64,000 nucleotides of DNA from Schmidtea nova (lineage: Eukaryota): NCBI GenBank assembly GCA_044892505.1, contig CM097883.1, positions 439,952,001-440,016,000 of the forward strand, in the 5' to 3' direction. The notes under the pieces were generated by a model, which worked only from the letters and a program-made list of their open reading frames with translations, was not told where the DNA came from and searched no databases. Within the stretch, counting starts at the first letter, position 1. Each line of letters starts with the position of its first letter. The position numbers and the translations under genes were made by a program. Below, piece after piece: positions 1 through 12,616 of this stretch.

Positions 1-103
1 CCTTTTATTTAAAATTAAAGTACTATTAAAGTTCTATATCACCTTTTTTAAAATAATATGTGTGTAATAAAACTCAATAATATAAATATAATTTTTTAAA
101 TCC

Positions 104-1048
104 ATGGAAAATCAGACTAACAAGAAGAAGCAAATTCCAAGCGAAACGCGACAAAAAATAATTTTTAAATACGAGACAGGGAAGTCGTATGCAATTATTT
201 CAGATGAGTTAGAATTAAAACACGAAGCCGTAAGGAGCGTAATAAAAACGTTCATCAAAACTGAAAGAACCGATGCGATTAAAAATCGTTTGCCTAAAAC
301 CAAAGAAAATATCAGAAGATATTTATAGGTTTATACAGACAAAAATCGTCGAGGATGTTTCCATTATATTAAAGTCATTGCAACGATGCCTTTCATTGGA
401 AAAGGGATTAAATGTTTCAGTTTTCAGGGTTTTAATTACTCTTTAAAACGAGTTGTATTGGATCCAGTGGCGAAAAACAGTGAGGTGAATATTGAAAAGC
501 GGTTTGAATATGCAAACGATTACTTGCTTCTGAATTAAGAACAATGTATTTTTGTTGATGAGTTCGGAGTTGATTGTTCTTTACGAGTAGCTTATGGTAG
601 AAGCTCTATAGGTACACCAGCACGGAAATCAATACGAACAATCCGATTAAAAAATGTTTCAGTATGCGCGACAATATCAAACAGTAGAGTAATTTACCAT
701 GAATCAAAAAATACAGCTTATAACGGGATACTATTTATTGAATTTCTAACACGCCTTCTTATTAAATTGGATGAATTGGCATTTCGCAATTTTACAATAA
801 TCATAGATAATGTGACTTTTCATAAATTGCAAGGTGTTCATGCGTTATTTGAAAAAAGCGGGCATAGTTTGTTATTTCTCCCTCCGTATAGCCCATAGCT
901 GAATCCAATTGAAGAAACTTTTTCAAAATGGAAATTGTATGTTAAAACGACAAATTCTAAAACTGTCGAATTTGAAGCTGCGATATTGGCGGGGTGCGAT
1001 TGCGGGTTTTTTCTTGATGTGAGAAGATGGGCTGTGAAGACGCTATGA
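104..1048 (+). pseudogene. Degenerate Tc1/IS630-like DDE transposase
   Basis: N-terminal HTH-like ORF 104-328. Frameshifted and stop-interrupted DDE motifs follow: FVDEFGV (~550), IIIDNVTFH (~797-823), FLPPYSP*LNPIEETFSKWK (~874-933). Confidence 0.85.
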
Positions 1049-1984
1049 AGAGAGAATTTTTAAATAATAATTATTTTTCTAAGTGTATTGTGTTTTTGTA
1101 ATTTTTAATAGTTGTAAATGTAATATACGTATTGTTAAACATGAATATAATTTCGTAATTCAGCCCTTGACAAATCCATCTCGCAACTTACAGTATAAAT
1201 CTGCAAACTTCTTGTTATCTATTTATTATTATAACTTAATATTTGTAATTTGGCATCTTATAACATATTTTCATATAAAAGTGATAGTATTATTTTTCAC
1301 ATCATAAAATCTCTATTTGACAACATAGTTTTTTTATTTGATAACTTAGTTTTTTTATGTGAGAAACGCAATATATATATATATAAGATTTTAGGCTTTT
1401 CGCCTAATTATCAAAAAATTTTGCAACCTGATTGGTTGTCTTATACTATAACAAATTTTATTTATATAATTAACTTATCGATTTGTGGAATTTTTTTTTG
1501 GGAAGAGAATCTCTTGGATATCTTAATGTTTGGGGGTAATTTGTAATTTTCTTTTGTTCCATTGTCATTTTGTTAAAAATTTTCATTTAGGTAGATCATT
1601 AAGGTATCGAATCGATTTCTCGGTACAGGCCTGGTGAATTATTTATCTATCGGTGGATGGCTTCTAGCATGTTCCGGGGTAAGAGTAATACAAATGTTTC
1701 TTTCAATGTAAACTTTTAGCTTTTAGCGTTCAATTTTCTGTTTGGTTTGGGTTACCGTATTATAGCATGGGAATTTGAAGATTTTCAAGCAGATTCAGCC
1801 CAACGATTGTGGATTATTCTATTTACGATGAAGTTTAGGCAAATTAATTTTCTCTTTTCCTTGTTCTTTCCATTATTGTACAGAGAATATAAAAACATTC
1901 TGATGTGAATTATGTTCAATTGGAAAATAAAAATTCGTATTATTTTTATTTTGATAAACTAAATTTTTATGAAAATGAAAAAAA

Positions 1985-2330
1985 ATCAACGTTTCGGTAA
2001 ATGGATTCTTATTCTGCACACTGATACTTATCAATTGGGGATCGACTTCTCTCTTTCTGAATTAAGTTGTTAGGATGACTGAGCGGGATTTCTAATAAGG
2101 GTTGTTCAAGAGGAAAATTTGTAACATTTTATGGAGTAACATTTTAACATCGTGTATCGTAATACGATAAGACAATAATAATGGGAAATCGTAATTTATA
2201 CTTTAATTGAATCTCTAATTTTAATTATGATTTATATATCAAATAAGTTCCCACATGGAGTTGGAATTCATTCGATAGACAAAATTTTTCATAGGATTTC
2301 GACCCTTTTTTGATCACTAGATTTCATTGG
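1985..2330 (-). pseudogene. Possible decayed Penelope-like element (GIY-YIG endonuclease remnant plus pLTR motif)
   Basis: Minus-strand translation ..SIE*IPTPCGNLFDI*..RDSIKV*ITISH resembles the PLE endonuclease motif VYxIPCxCGxxYIGxTxRxxxxRxxEH. It is followed by CCGAAACGTTG (reverse complement of 1988-1998), which is typical of PLE pLTR ends. Confidence 0.3.
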
Positions 2331-2669
2331 AATTTTATTTTTACAATAAATGAATGTTATCTTAAATTAGGGTTGGTACGACCACCAAAATCTTTGGTGG
2401 AATAATACTTCATACGATAAAACTTTTAAATGGAATATGAATGGGTGTTAATCGCATACGAACATAGTGGGGGTGATATTTAGTGCTTCAACATATAATT
2501 AAAATAGGTACGTTATTATAAATACTGATAAGTCACCAAAAGAAATTTTCAAATCAAATATAATTGCAGATGTTTTATGTCTAGGATGATTAATATTATA
2601 AGGTATTATGACTAGCAAATTGCTAATTACTACTACAGGGTGATGAAAGTTGCAACTAAAATGCTCAGT

Positions 2670-2870
2670 ACGACAGGATGTTATTAATTGCAAATACAAT
2701 GATTATACTATAGAGTGTTATTAGTTGCAAGTAATTTGAGTATATGATGATGTGAATTGTAAGTAATTATGTTATAGAATGTTGTGAATTGCAAGAAGGA
2801 TAATTTAATGCTATAGGATGTTGTGAGTTGCAATTAACTTATATTAACGGATGTTATGAATTGAAAGTTG
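2670..2870. repeat. Degenerate tandem repeat (GATGTTRTGAATTGCAA-like core)
   Basis: About 5-6 imperfect recurrences of gatgttattaattgcaa / aatgttgtgaattgcaa / gatgttgtgagttgcaa / gatgttatgaattgaaa. Confidence 0.55.
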
Positions 2871-5339
2871 ATGAATTATACTTTTATTGATGAAATAGTC
2901 ATTTTTTCAGTGTGGTGGTTGGCTGTAGGTGCTGTTATTGAATGAAACGGTTCTTTTCTATGCAAGTAGTATGATTAATCATATAGGATTTAGTTGGATG
3001 AGTTGTACAATTTTATCCGTGGTATGCTCGATTGCAGGGTGTTCATGGATGGATGAATTTATTCTTAGGTTCCTGGGATTGTTGTGTATTACGGGTGTTG
3101 TTACAAAAACCATTAACGATTTCTAGGGGTTAATACGACCCATACCGCAACATAAACATCAATCTACCACACACGTGTACATATAGTTACTCCCCAATTT
3201 ACTATGTTGGTACTGTACTCGGTGGCGAGCATTCAGTGAGTAGGTGGGCTCCGTTTCCGAAACTACTCCTCACTAAATTCTCTCTTTCGGGTTCTTGCTG
3301 CCGATAGAAGGACATACGCATCTACTTACTTTTCGGTTCTCTCACATAATTGCATCATACTTATCTATCAACAAATGTCGTAATCTATCTACCTTTATTC
3401 CTTCTCAAAAACTTTTATAAAATGTTCCTATCTACTTTTTCATTAGCATAAGATAAATGTAAACTAAGCTAGTTCACCGAGAAGGAGATTTCGATTCAAG
3501 GCCTCTTTTCGCGATACAATGAAGTGATTTCGTGATTCCTTTTGTACTATGAAGATGAGGTTTTGGTAAAATATGAAGATGAGGTTTTGGTAATAATGGC
3601 GATTTAAGGTGCGAGCACTTCGTTTTTGTACAGATGTTAATAAATTTTCGATTTGTGTAAATTTGGACGTCATGTAGGTTGATATAAATACATATAAATA
3701 CTATATTATAATAAAATATTAGTTTGCGTCTTGGAATACTGTAATAGGATTCTAGACGTTTATGTAGTTTGAAAAGTCCTGCCCTTAGTCAAGCCATTGT
3801 TCCCCAACATCAATGTATGGGATGAAGAGATCATGGGTGTGTGGACCTCATCTTAGATATAAATATGGGCTGGTCGGTTGATGGGCCTCAAGCGAACAGC
3901 GATCCAACTAGGCTACTTCCGTCAGTACAGCACATAGCACAGGACTGACGTCAGAATGTATGGAAAGCGAAAATAATATTATTTATGATAATATATAAAT
4001 AATGTTTAAGATTTAAATTATGTATAATTCGAGTCAATTTGGTAAGAATTTGTGACAGTAGTTTAACAATAAAACTAAATAAGAATACCTTTAAAAATAT
4101 TGTATCCTATTACCAAATTTATAAAGCTCCTGAATAAAATAATAATAGAAGGTAAGAAAAATAATAATAAATAATTTTAATTCATATATAATCATACGTA
4201 CATATAATTATCAATAATAAAATTAAAATCAATAAAAATATAATACTTCACATGGGTAGCAAAGGCATGACTCGCTAGCCATGTTCCAAAATTCAAGACC
4301 CTTACATAAATTAGTGATCATGTGAATTTCGATTGTTTGAGTGATAATTTCTTCAGGATCCTTTGACGTATTTCAGTAGCGCCTGTCCTGACTTATCCAA
4401 ACTGAAAGTCTAAATTGAAGTCCTCCTCGACGAAGATTAAATAGGGTAGAGGTTTTTGGTAATCACAAATTCATCTGTGAACTCTGGTCAAAAGTTTTTG
4501 CAGAGTTTTGCTTAATGAAAAACTTCATTGGTCGGAGTCGCAAAATTCTCCTGATTATGATTTTGATGGCGGTATATATTGGGGTTTTTGTCTGTTGTTT
4601 TCGTTAATGCATTAAAATAAATTGTTCTAGAAGGAATTTTCGATTCTTCCGAAATTTAATTATATAATTTTAAGCAAAATTAAATTATTATTTTTGCATA
4701 AAATTTTAAAAAACTTTAAATTGTTTATTTTTAATCTAAAATTTTACTTTTAAAATAAAGTTTTTTTTGAATTTAGTTTAATTTCCTGAATTTTTATCTA
4801 AAACAATTTCCCTTAATATTTTATGAGATTTTATGGTAAAAATCGAAATTTTCCTTCTAAAAAATATGCAAATTGTTTCTGATTTATAATTTTATNNNNN
4901 NNNNNNNNNNNNNNNNNNNNNNNNNNNNNNNNNNNNNNNNNNNNNNNNNNNNNNNNNNNNNNNNNNNNNNNNNNNNNNNNNNNNNNNNNNNNNNNNNNNN
5001 NNNNNNNNNNNNNNNNNNNNNNNNNNNNNNNNNNNNNNNNNNNNNNNNNNNNNNNNNNNNNNNGCGCTTTTGTTCATTTTAATTTTAAACGTATTTTATT
5101 TAATTTTTCAGGTGTTTTGTGATTACTGTGTTATACTTGGTGTTTTAAATCATAGAATTTTAAATTTACTTCTTGCGTGCTCTCTGCATGATGTGTTACG
5201 GCTCCATTATAACAAATCTCAGTTTTGCCCAACAATATTAATTCATAAATAATTTAAAATAAATATTTTTAAAAAAATGCCTTTTGTCATTAATTAATTA
5301 TGGTAATAAAAATAAATTTAAGTTTAAGTTTACATTGAA

Positions 5340-5411
5340 AATTTTGCGGCTCTGCAGTGTTTTAAGATTTTCAAACATGGCTTTCCCTACATAAAGCTTT
5401 GAGCACCCCTG
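5340..5411. mobile_element. Orphan hAT (Charlie-like) MITE end
   Basis: GCGGCTCT...AAAGCTTTGAGCACCCCTG is a typical hAT-Charlie terminus. The partner end is not visible and may lie in the N-gap upstream. Confidence 0.45.
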
Positions 5412-5618
5412 TTATATAAAGTCATAAAAATACGATCATCATTTAAAGATATTAAAAGATAATTTTTTCCCGTAACTCTCGTAATCTTACTTAACAATTG
5501 GGTTTTTACTGCTCCCGACAAATATTTCTCTTCGACCTGTGAGAATAATGAAATAGAGATAGTATTTAATTTCCAGTTTTTAATGGATTTAATTACTATG
5601 ATAAAATTTCAATTTCAA

Positions 5619-7114
5619 GATTTCAATTCTAGTTAATGTTTTTTCATTTCAATTTAATTTTTATAATTAATTTTCGTAGTTTTTCATTTCAAAATGGTAT
5701 ATTTTCATTTCAAATTGATTTTATTTCACTTCGATTTAATTTTAATTTAAAGATAGTAATAAAATAAACAGTACCATGGAAAATTGGAATGGAAATACCG
5801 AAGAGCAACCGGAAGAAAGGGAATTGCTTGCTGATGCGAATTCTTCGCTGCCAAATGCTGACAATGAGAATTCAAGCAATTCCACAAACAGAAGAGGCCA
5901 GTATAATCGAATAGCAGAGAAAACTAGATCAAGAATCATACATTCTCATCAAAGTGGTAATTCAGTAAAAGTAATTGCGGAATATGAAATGCTGAGTGTT
6001 TCAACTGTTAGAAATATCGCGAATAAATTTATTGGACGGGAAGAGTAGCTTCTCTGTCGCGGGGAGGCAGTAAAAACGTTAAAATCAATGATGAAATGAA
6101 ATCATTTATTTTGGGTCTTGTTGATAAGGATTGTTCAATCTCACTGAGGCATATCCAAGGAAAACTGAAGGAAAATTATGACATAAAAATTTCAATATCA
6201 ACCAGATTCTATTGCCTGAAAAATATTCATTATACACTTAGAAAACTAAGTCCGATACCAACAAGACGTAATGACGCTAGATCGATTGAATTGCTAAGGG
6301 TCTACGCTGCAAGATATTTGGAAATTGAAGAGTCTTATGCCGGAGAAGATATTTCTTTCTTAGACGAAGTTGGATTCAATGTATCTATGAGATGCAAGAA
6401 GGGACGCTCAATCGTTGGAAGTCCAGCAAATTTAATCGTTCCGAATATTCGTTCTAAAAATTTATCTGTGTGCAGTGTTATGACCAAGAATGGCTTGGTG
6501 TTTTGGAAGTTGAGCCACTTACCATACAACACCGCTTCTTTTGTTGGATATGACGATGAATTCGCTGACTATATCGTCGATCGCAATGTTATGAATTGTG
6601 TACTGGTGATGGACAATGTGGCGTTTCATAAGAGCGCACGAATAATGGAATTGACGTTTACGCGGAACATTCGAGTTGAATTCCTCCCGCCTTATTCACC
6701 TTTCCTGAACCCAATCGAGAATTTATTCTCGAAATGGAAAGATTTTGTAAGACGATCTAACCCAATGAATGAAGAAGAACTAATGGTAGCAATGAATGAT
6801 GGATTGAGAACCTTGAGCCAAACTGATTGTGAGGGCTATTACAAGAATATGAAAAAATATATTCGTTTATTAATACAGGGACTTGAAATTGTGGATTAAA
6901 AATAGTTTTATGCTTAATATAAGCTTTTAGAAACCATTGTTTTGCTAATTTTTTATCGCCTATAGTATATTTTCAACATGTGTTGTATTAAAATTAAATC
7001 GAAGTGAAATAAAATCAATTTGAAATGAAAATATACCATTTTGAAATGAAAAACTACGAAAATTAATTATAAAAATTAAATTGAAATGAAAAACATTAAC
7101 TAGAATTGAAAATC
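5619..7114 (+). mobile_element. Tc1/IS630-like DNA transposon with ~128-bp terminal inverted repeats
   Basis: 5619-5746 is the near-perfect reverse complement of 6987-7114. The TIRs contain internal TTTTCATTTCAA sub-repeats and enclose a transposase. Confidence 0.9.
5776..6899 (+). pseudogene. DD34E transposase split by one frameshift (HTH ORF 5776-6048, DDE ORF 6096-6899)
   Basis: Motifs FLDEVGF, VMDNVAFH and FLPPYSPFLNPIE, with 34 residues between the second D and E. The two ORFs join in frame if 1 nt is restored near 6030-6040 (reading ..TGRVASLSRGGSKNVKINDEMKS). Confidence 0.9.
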
Positions 7115-8269
7115 AGTTAAATTAGTATGAAATTAGTATTGAAGTTATTAATTGACTTGACTGTAAATTTCATATTTAAGAATGATTGGAAATTAAAATA
7201 TATATTGAATGCTTGTGTATGAATATTCCCTATTCAATTATTTATGCTTGCAAAAATATCCTCAAAGTTAAAAAAGAAATTGTTTAAATAATATCAGAAA
7301 TTTGTGTTTCTAAAATTTTTAAAATATAGTTTTTAGAAATTATGGATGTTATTAATTTACAAAATCAAACAAATAATACGACCAAGGTGGCAATTTGTTG
7401 TTGTTTGATGTTTCTTTTATAGTTTTTCAGTCACAAAAATAGTGCAATTAAATTTCAAAAAATTGAGAAACAATTTAATTATTTCCCCCTCCATAGGTTT
7501 ATATTCAATTTTCGCAGATCCGAAATGATAATTGCCATTCTTATTTGATTCTGATAACCTCATTTTATATTGGATTTTCCATTAGTCCGGGTTTCCTACA
7601 CAACTAATAAATTATTCATTAATTTTTATTTATTGAATATCTATTTCTAGGGACCCACATTAATTATTTATTATCATATTTGTACTCGTCTTCCCATTTG
7701 CCACTCACACAAATTTCACCCACGTTATGACAACTTTTAATTTTTCTTAATTTTTTGTACTTATTTATCAATTGTTAATTTAACAATTTTCAGCCTTTTT
7801 TATTGATTTTCCCCCAATTCCCGCGCACTCTCGTCTCACGTTGAACAATTTTAGATAAACCTTAACAAGTTGAAAAAAAAGTTATTTTTAAATAAAATTT
7901 CAAAAAAGTAATAAATTATTGACGAATTACTTACTAAGTAGCTTGGGCCCAAAATATTGCCTGCCCTCTCTAGTTGCATCAAACTTCAATAAATATTCAA
8001 TTCTAGATTTATTTCAAAAATTTAAACATAAATTCTATGAAATGAAAATATTGCAGTTAATTTAAATTTCATCTAAATGCATTATAAACAAATATATGCA
8101 TCAAGGTATAAATTTATCACGAAAAAATCAGGTTGTTCTGCAGTTGCAATAGTGGCATTAATATCGATTAGAGTTGAATGAAATTTCAGAGAAATTGAAA
8201 GATATGAGAATACTATTTAAGCTAGATGGGGGAATATAGTAAGTAGTTCACGTTGTTACAGCTGTCGAT

Positions 8270-8600
8270 TACAAAGACATTGTGATCTATCGTAACCTGT
8301 GCCTATATCAAAATTGTATGTGGGATTCAAACAGTCTCTTTTAGTGACGCACAAACTTTAGCAACAAAAATAAAAAAAACAAAACACCCAAAATCTCCTC
8401 GAAGATTACACTTGCTGTATCATTCTGCCTTACTTATGATGGAAAATTTCTTCTCTTTGTATTATGTAATGGAACATTATTATCATGCAGCAATTGTGAT
8501 TGGTTCAATTACTTGACAAATCGATTCGAGTCTACATTGCTCGTCCAACATTTTTACACACATCACTTGTCGTTGTGTAAATCAACTACAAACACAATTG
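8270..8600 (-). other. Possible exons of a cysteine-rich extracellular protein (TSP1-like fragment)
   Basis: Short minus-strand open stretches TQRQVMCVKMLDEQC and CVTKRDCLN..QCLCNR. No complete gene model could be built. Confidence 0.2.
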
Positions 8601-11600
8601 AACACCAATAGGATTTGACTTTTTTATCCTTCAATTCTTCTAACTTCTCATGCAGTTTGGGATTTGATTTTTTTTTCGATTACAATTAACAATTTACTTT
8701 GAATTTTCTCCAAAAATATGCCATAGCTCAAGGATATTTAGATGACTGTGATTTAATATTTTTCTTTTATATTATCAGGTTTGTGTATTATTTTTTTAAA
8801 TTTAAATATATATTTTAATTAATTAAAACTATCTGATTTTTAGGAGTATTACTTTTATTTTAATTATTATCAAACAATTTCATTTTGAACAGTAAGACTT
8901 ATTCAATATATTTTTTTACAAAAAATAAATTGTTAATATAATTAATATTTTAAAATTATTTTAATTAAAAATTAAAATTTTTAATGTCAGTAGTAGGTCA
9001 AAAATTTTAATTTGTGAATTATGAGTCATGCTGGTAATAAAGATTTCTCTAAATTCTGTCACATGACCTATTTTAATGATAATCTGCATCATGCTTCCTT
9101 TATAGATGTATTGATTGATGTTCCATTTGGCATTTACAGACTAAATTAACTAGTAATCATTCAATTTTTTCCTCAAAATTTTTTTATTTAATATTTTTAC
9201 AATTAATTATTTTTGCATAAATTTTTGTATTTTTAAGCTTACAATAATTTTAGGGTGTAAATATGTATAAGAATCAAATGAACGATAATTTTATATAGGA
9301 CCTATAAAATTGGATTAACAAAAAAATTTTCAATGTCAAACGAATGAAAACCGAAATTTGAAAATCATTATCATTTTATTCTTTAACACAAATTTTCAAC
9401 AATAAAGAGACAGTGCCGAAAATTTTGTGTTGAATAGGTGAAAAAAAATATTTTTGATCTATTGTCTGAAAAAAAAGATCAAAGGTGACGAAAATTAAAG
9501 AGTTTAATTAAAATAATTCTTCAAATTCAAAGATATGTTGATTTAAAATATTAAAATGGGTTATTTTATTTAGAGATTTCACGTTCATTTGTATTATGGC
9601 AGTTGAAAAATATATTACTTGAAACGTTTAACTCCATTCATTAATATTTGTATTTAAAACTTGCTAAAAATGTAAGGTGGGTAAATTAGAAATTTGAACA
9701 ATTAGAAATTGAAAAAAGATATTTTAAGAAACTTCGTTATTAGATCGCTTTATAGAAAAATATTGTTTAAATAGTGGACATTTACTAGTCTTTCAAACCA
9801 AACTTCTTACGATTATTCTGGCTAATACTTATTATTACTACTTTACAATGATTTNNNNNNNNNNNNNNNNNNNNNNNNNNNNNNNNNNNNNNNNNNNNNN
9901 NNNNNNNNNNNNNNNNNNNNNNNNNNNNNNNNNNNNNNNNNNNNNNNNNNNNNNNNNNNNNNNNNNNNNNNNNNNNNNNNNNNNNNNNNNNNNNNNNNNN
10001 NNNNNNNNNNNNNNNNTCAGTTAGAAGGTTGGAATCGGACATTTGTTTTTAAGACTCATGAAAATGAATAGAGGATATGCTTTTTCATTTTTGAAATCAA
10101 ACTTGATGATTTGGTCTCGATATCCAAATGAACACATTACATACTCTACAGAACAACAACATCTAAAAAATAATGTATTTTTTGATTGTAAAAAAAATAT
10201 TTATTTTATTTAATAGTAAATTTAAAATTTTTTTATTTTTAATTTAATTTTATAAAATTTTGAACTTTTGTTTTTCTGGATCAATTTTAGTTTTCGCGTG
10301 AAATTTGAGTTTCAATTTGGAAGTTTTTGTTAGATTTTTTTTTGAATTTTGGAGTATTTTAAATTCAAATTGAAGTTATTGGCGTATTTGGCGTATTTGT
10401 TTATTTGTAATTTTTTTGTTTGATATTCTTGCTCAATCGATTACAAAATTTTTATATGCCAAAATAGAAATTTTTCTACGAGAATTAATTTCAAATTTAA
10501 TTGATGTGTTAGACAAGATCCGCCAGAAAACCTTTACCAATCAATGAGTGTCTGACTTTGCGAAAGAGTTGAGGATTAAAATTATTCATGAGATAGATGA
10601 AGGAATATTAATCATTACCGATATGAGTATTTTATGACAAAGGCGGAATTGACTATCAACTTTTGCAAGATTAGGAATAAAATCATTTATGGAAGCGTTA
10701 CCAACTAGTAATGATATATCAATTATAGGTCTATTTGTTATCGTTTTATACAAGTCTTATCCAGTGGCAGATAAACTCCAAGAAAAGGAAATCATGATGA
10801 TGATGAACAATATTTATATAAATCATTTGCTGGCAGCTCCTTCACAATCAAATATAACAATTCTAAATCAATGAATGGAAAATGAGAGTGTAATTTATTC
10901 CTTGAAACTTTTTTATTGGAAATTGTGAAAAGACACGATTTGTCATTTTTTATGTAAATTACTTTGATACTGTTAAGTCTCTTTTGAGTGATTGAATTAT
11001 TTCTCACTGGATTAACACTTGTCATTTTGCATAAAGTGAAAACACCTTCAACAAGTCATTTCACTATGCTTTTGAAGAACTTGATTTGTGATGGTTTTTG
11101 ACACAAAATATACAAAGCATCTAGTTCGTCCTGCAATGAAGTGATATTTATATCAGTGAAATAAGTTTTAATCGTTCACTTTGAAAGAAAAAAACTTGTA
11201 TTTAGTTATTAGTACAATAAAATAATTATGAAAATCGTTATTAAATATATTAATAAAATAAAATTTTACTGTACAATTGTTTAATCTCTATTAGTCACAT
11301 GGAATCAATGGGACCACAGGCTATTGAATAGTAGTTCCCTCTGCTGAAGACTTTGCCACATGACCTTGAGTTATTCAGTACCTTTCACCAATATACTGAT
11401 GAGTCATCTTTAATTGCCAAGACGCATCTTACATGAGCGTTTTTAATTCTCTTGCACACAATTAAAAAAACTGATTTCATTTTTTTCCGCGACTAATTGA
11501 TGCTTACAGCCAACACAACTCAAAATCTAAATTTTAATATGTTTTGACATTTTATACACTGCAAATGATCGTCGTGTTATGCTTGTAATATTTAGTGGCT

Positions 11601-12014
11601 GAAAGTAAGAGTCTAACAATTTAATTTGATGAGAAATAACGGTTTATATCTTCATGGTCACTGTTTGTAAAAATAATTCGAAAAACACTCAAATTTAGAC
11701 ACCTTTTGCATATTTCCGGTTTCATATTGCTATGTTTACGGTAAAAACTAAATTAAGACTTGTGCTAAGGTCTCAATATTCGGGATCTAACGTGCACTGG
11801 TTATAAATAATGAAAATAAGAATAGTTTAAAAAGTTTATAATCAATAAAATTACGAATTGAAAATGAATCATAGTCTTTCCACTGTTCAAAATAAATTAA
11901 GTTCGTTTTGTGTTTTTTATTAAAATGTATTTAAATGTTGTGTTGAGTTTAATATTCTGATTAGCTTTTTTGTATGCTCGGGTTTTAATTTTTTTCTAAG
12001 ATTATCTTAAAAGT

Positions 12015-12616
12015 TGGTTTGCCAGATTTTTACCACGACAAACCGGAACAACAACAAATATTTTAATATAGTAGAAAAAGTTTCAAAATTTATTTAAAAA
12101 AACTTTGGCAATTCATTAAGATTAATAAAAAAGCTATAAGATAAATAATAATATGATAAACAGTTCATTGAGATTAATAAAAAAACCTTAAGATAAATAA
12201 CATAGGAACATAAAAAATTGAAAATTAAATAATATATAATAAATTTAAAAAACTTAAAAAAACTTGGAACTATTAATAAAAAAATTGAATCTAATCATAT
12301 TTTCAGTTAGATCTTGTATTCTTCAAAAGCACTTTATTTTTTAAAACAGTCATATATTTCACTGAAATTGAAGTCGAAATTAACGATACGCTGTAAGATA
12401 CCTTTTACTGTTTCTGGCAGAAATGGATTCCGTTCGTCTGTCCACTTAATTTACATTAGTGAAAATATCCGTTCCATATTTGCATTATGAGCAGGAATAC
12501 TAAATATATATTCCATTATTTTGAAGAAAAAAATTAAACCGGGACGAATGAGTGTCCCAAAAACCTCCTTCGGGACACCGGACATTGACTTGAAAATTGG
12601 GACATTTGGCACCCTA
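12015..12616 (-). mobile_element. Internally deleted hAT element (dimerisation-domain remnant)
   Basis: Minus strand ~12520-12340 reads MEYIFSIPAHNANMERIFSLM*IKWTDERN. Terminus TAGGGTGCCAAATGTCCC (rc of 12599-12616), with a degenerate GGTTTGCCAGAT end near 12017. Confidence 0.7.

Noticed and set aside
3130-4620. LTR or gag relic in the relatively GC-rich patches
   Set aside because: No paired repeat, PBS/PPT or diagnostic protein motif could be found by eye.
6015-6060. Programmed -1 frameshift in the Tc1/IS630 transposase (AAATTTA heptamer near the break)
   Set aside because: The heptamer is in the wrong phase (AAA TTT A), and the -1 frame has a TAA overlapping its start. A simple 1-nt deletion explains the split.
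10689-11500. WD40/RCC1-like exons on the minus strand
   Set aside because: Only short stop-bounded fragments with weak resemblance; no supportable gene model.
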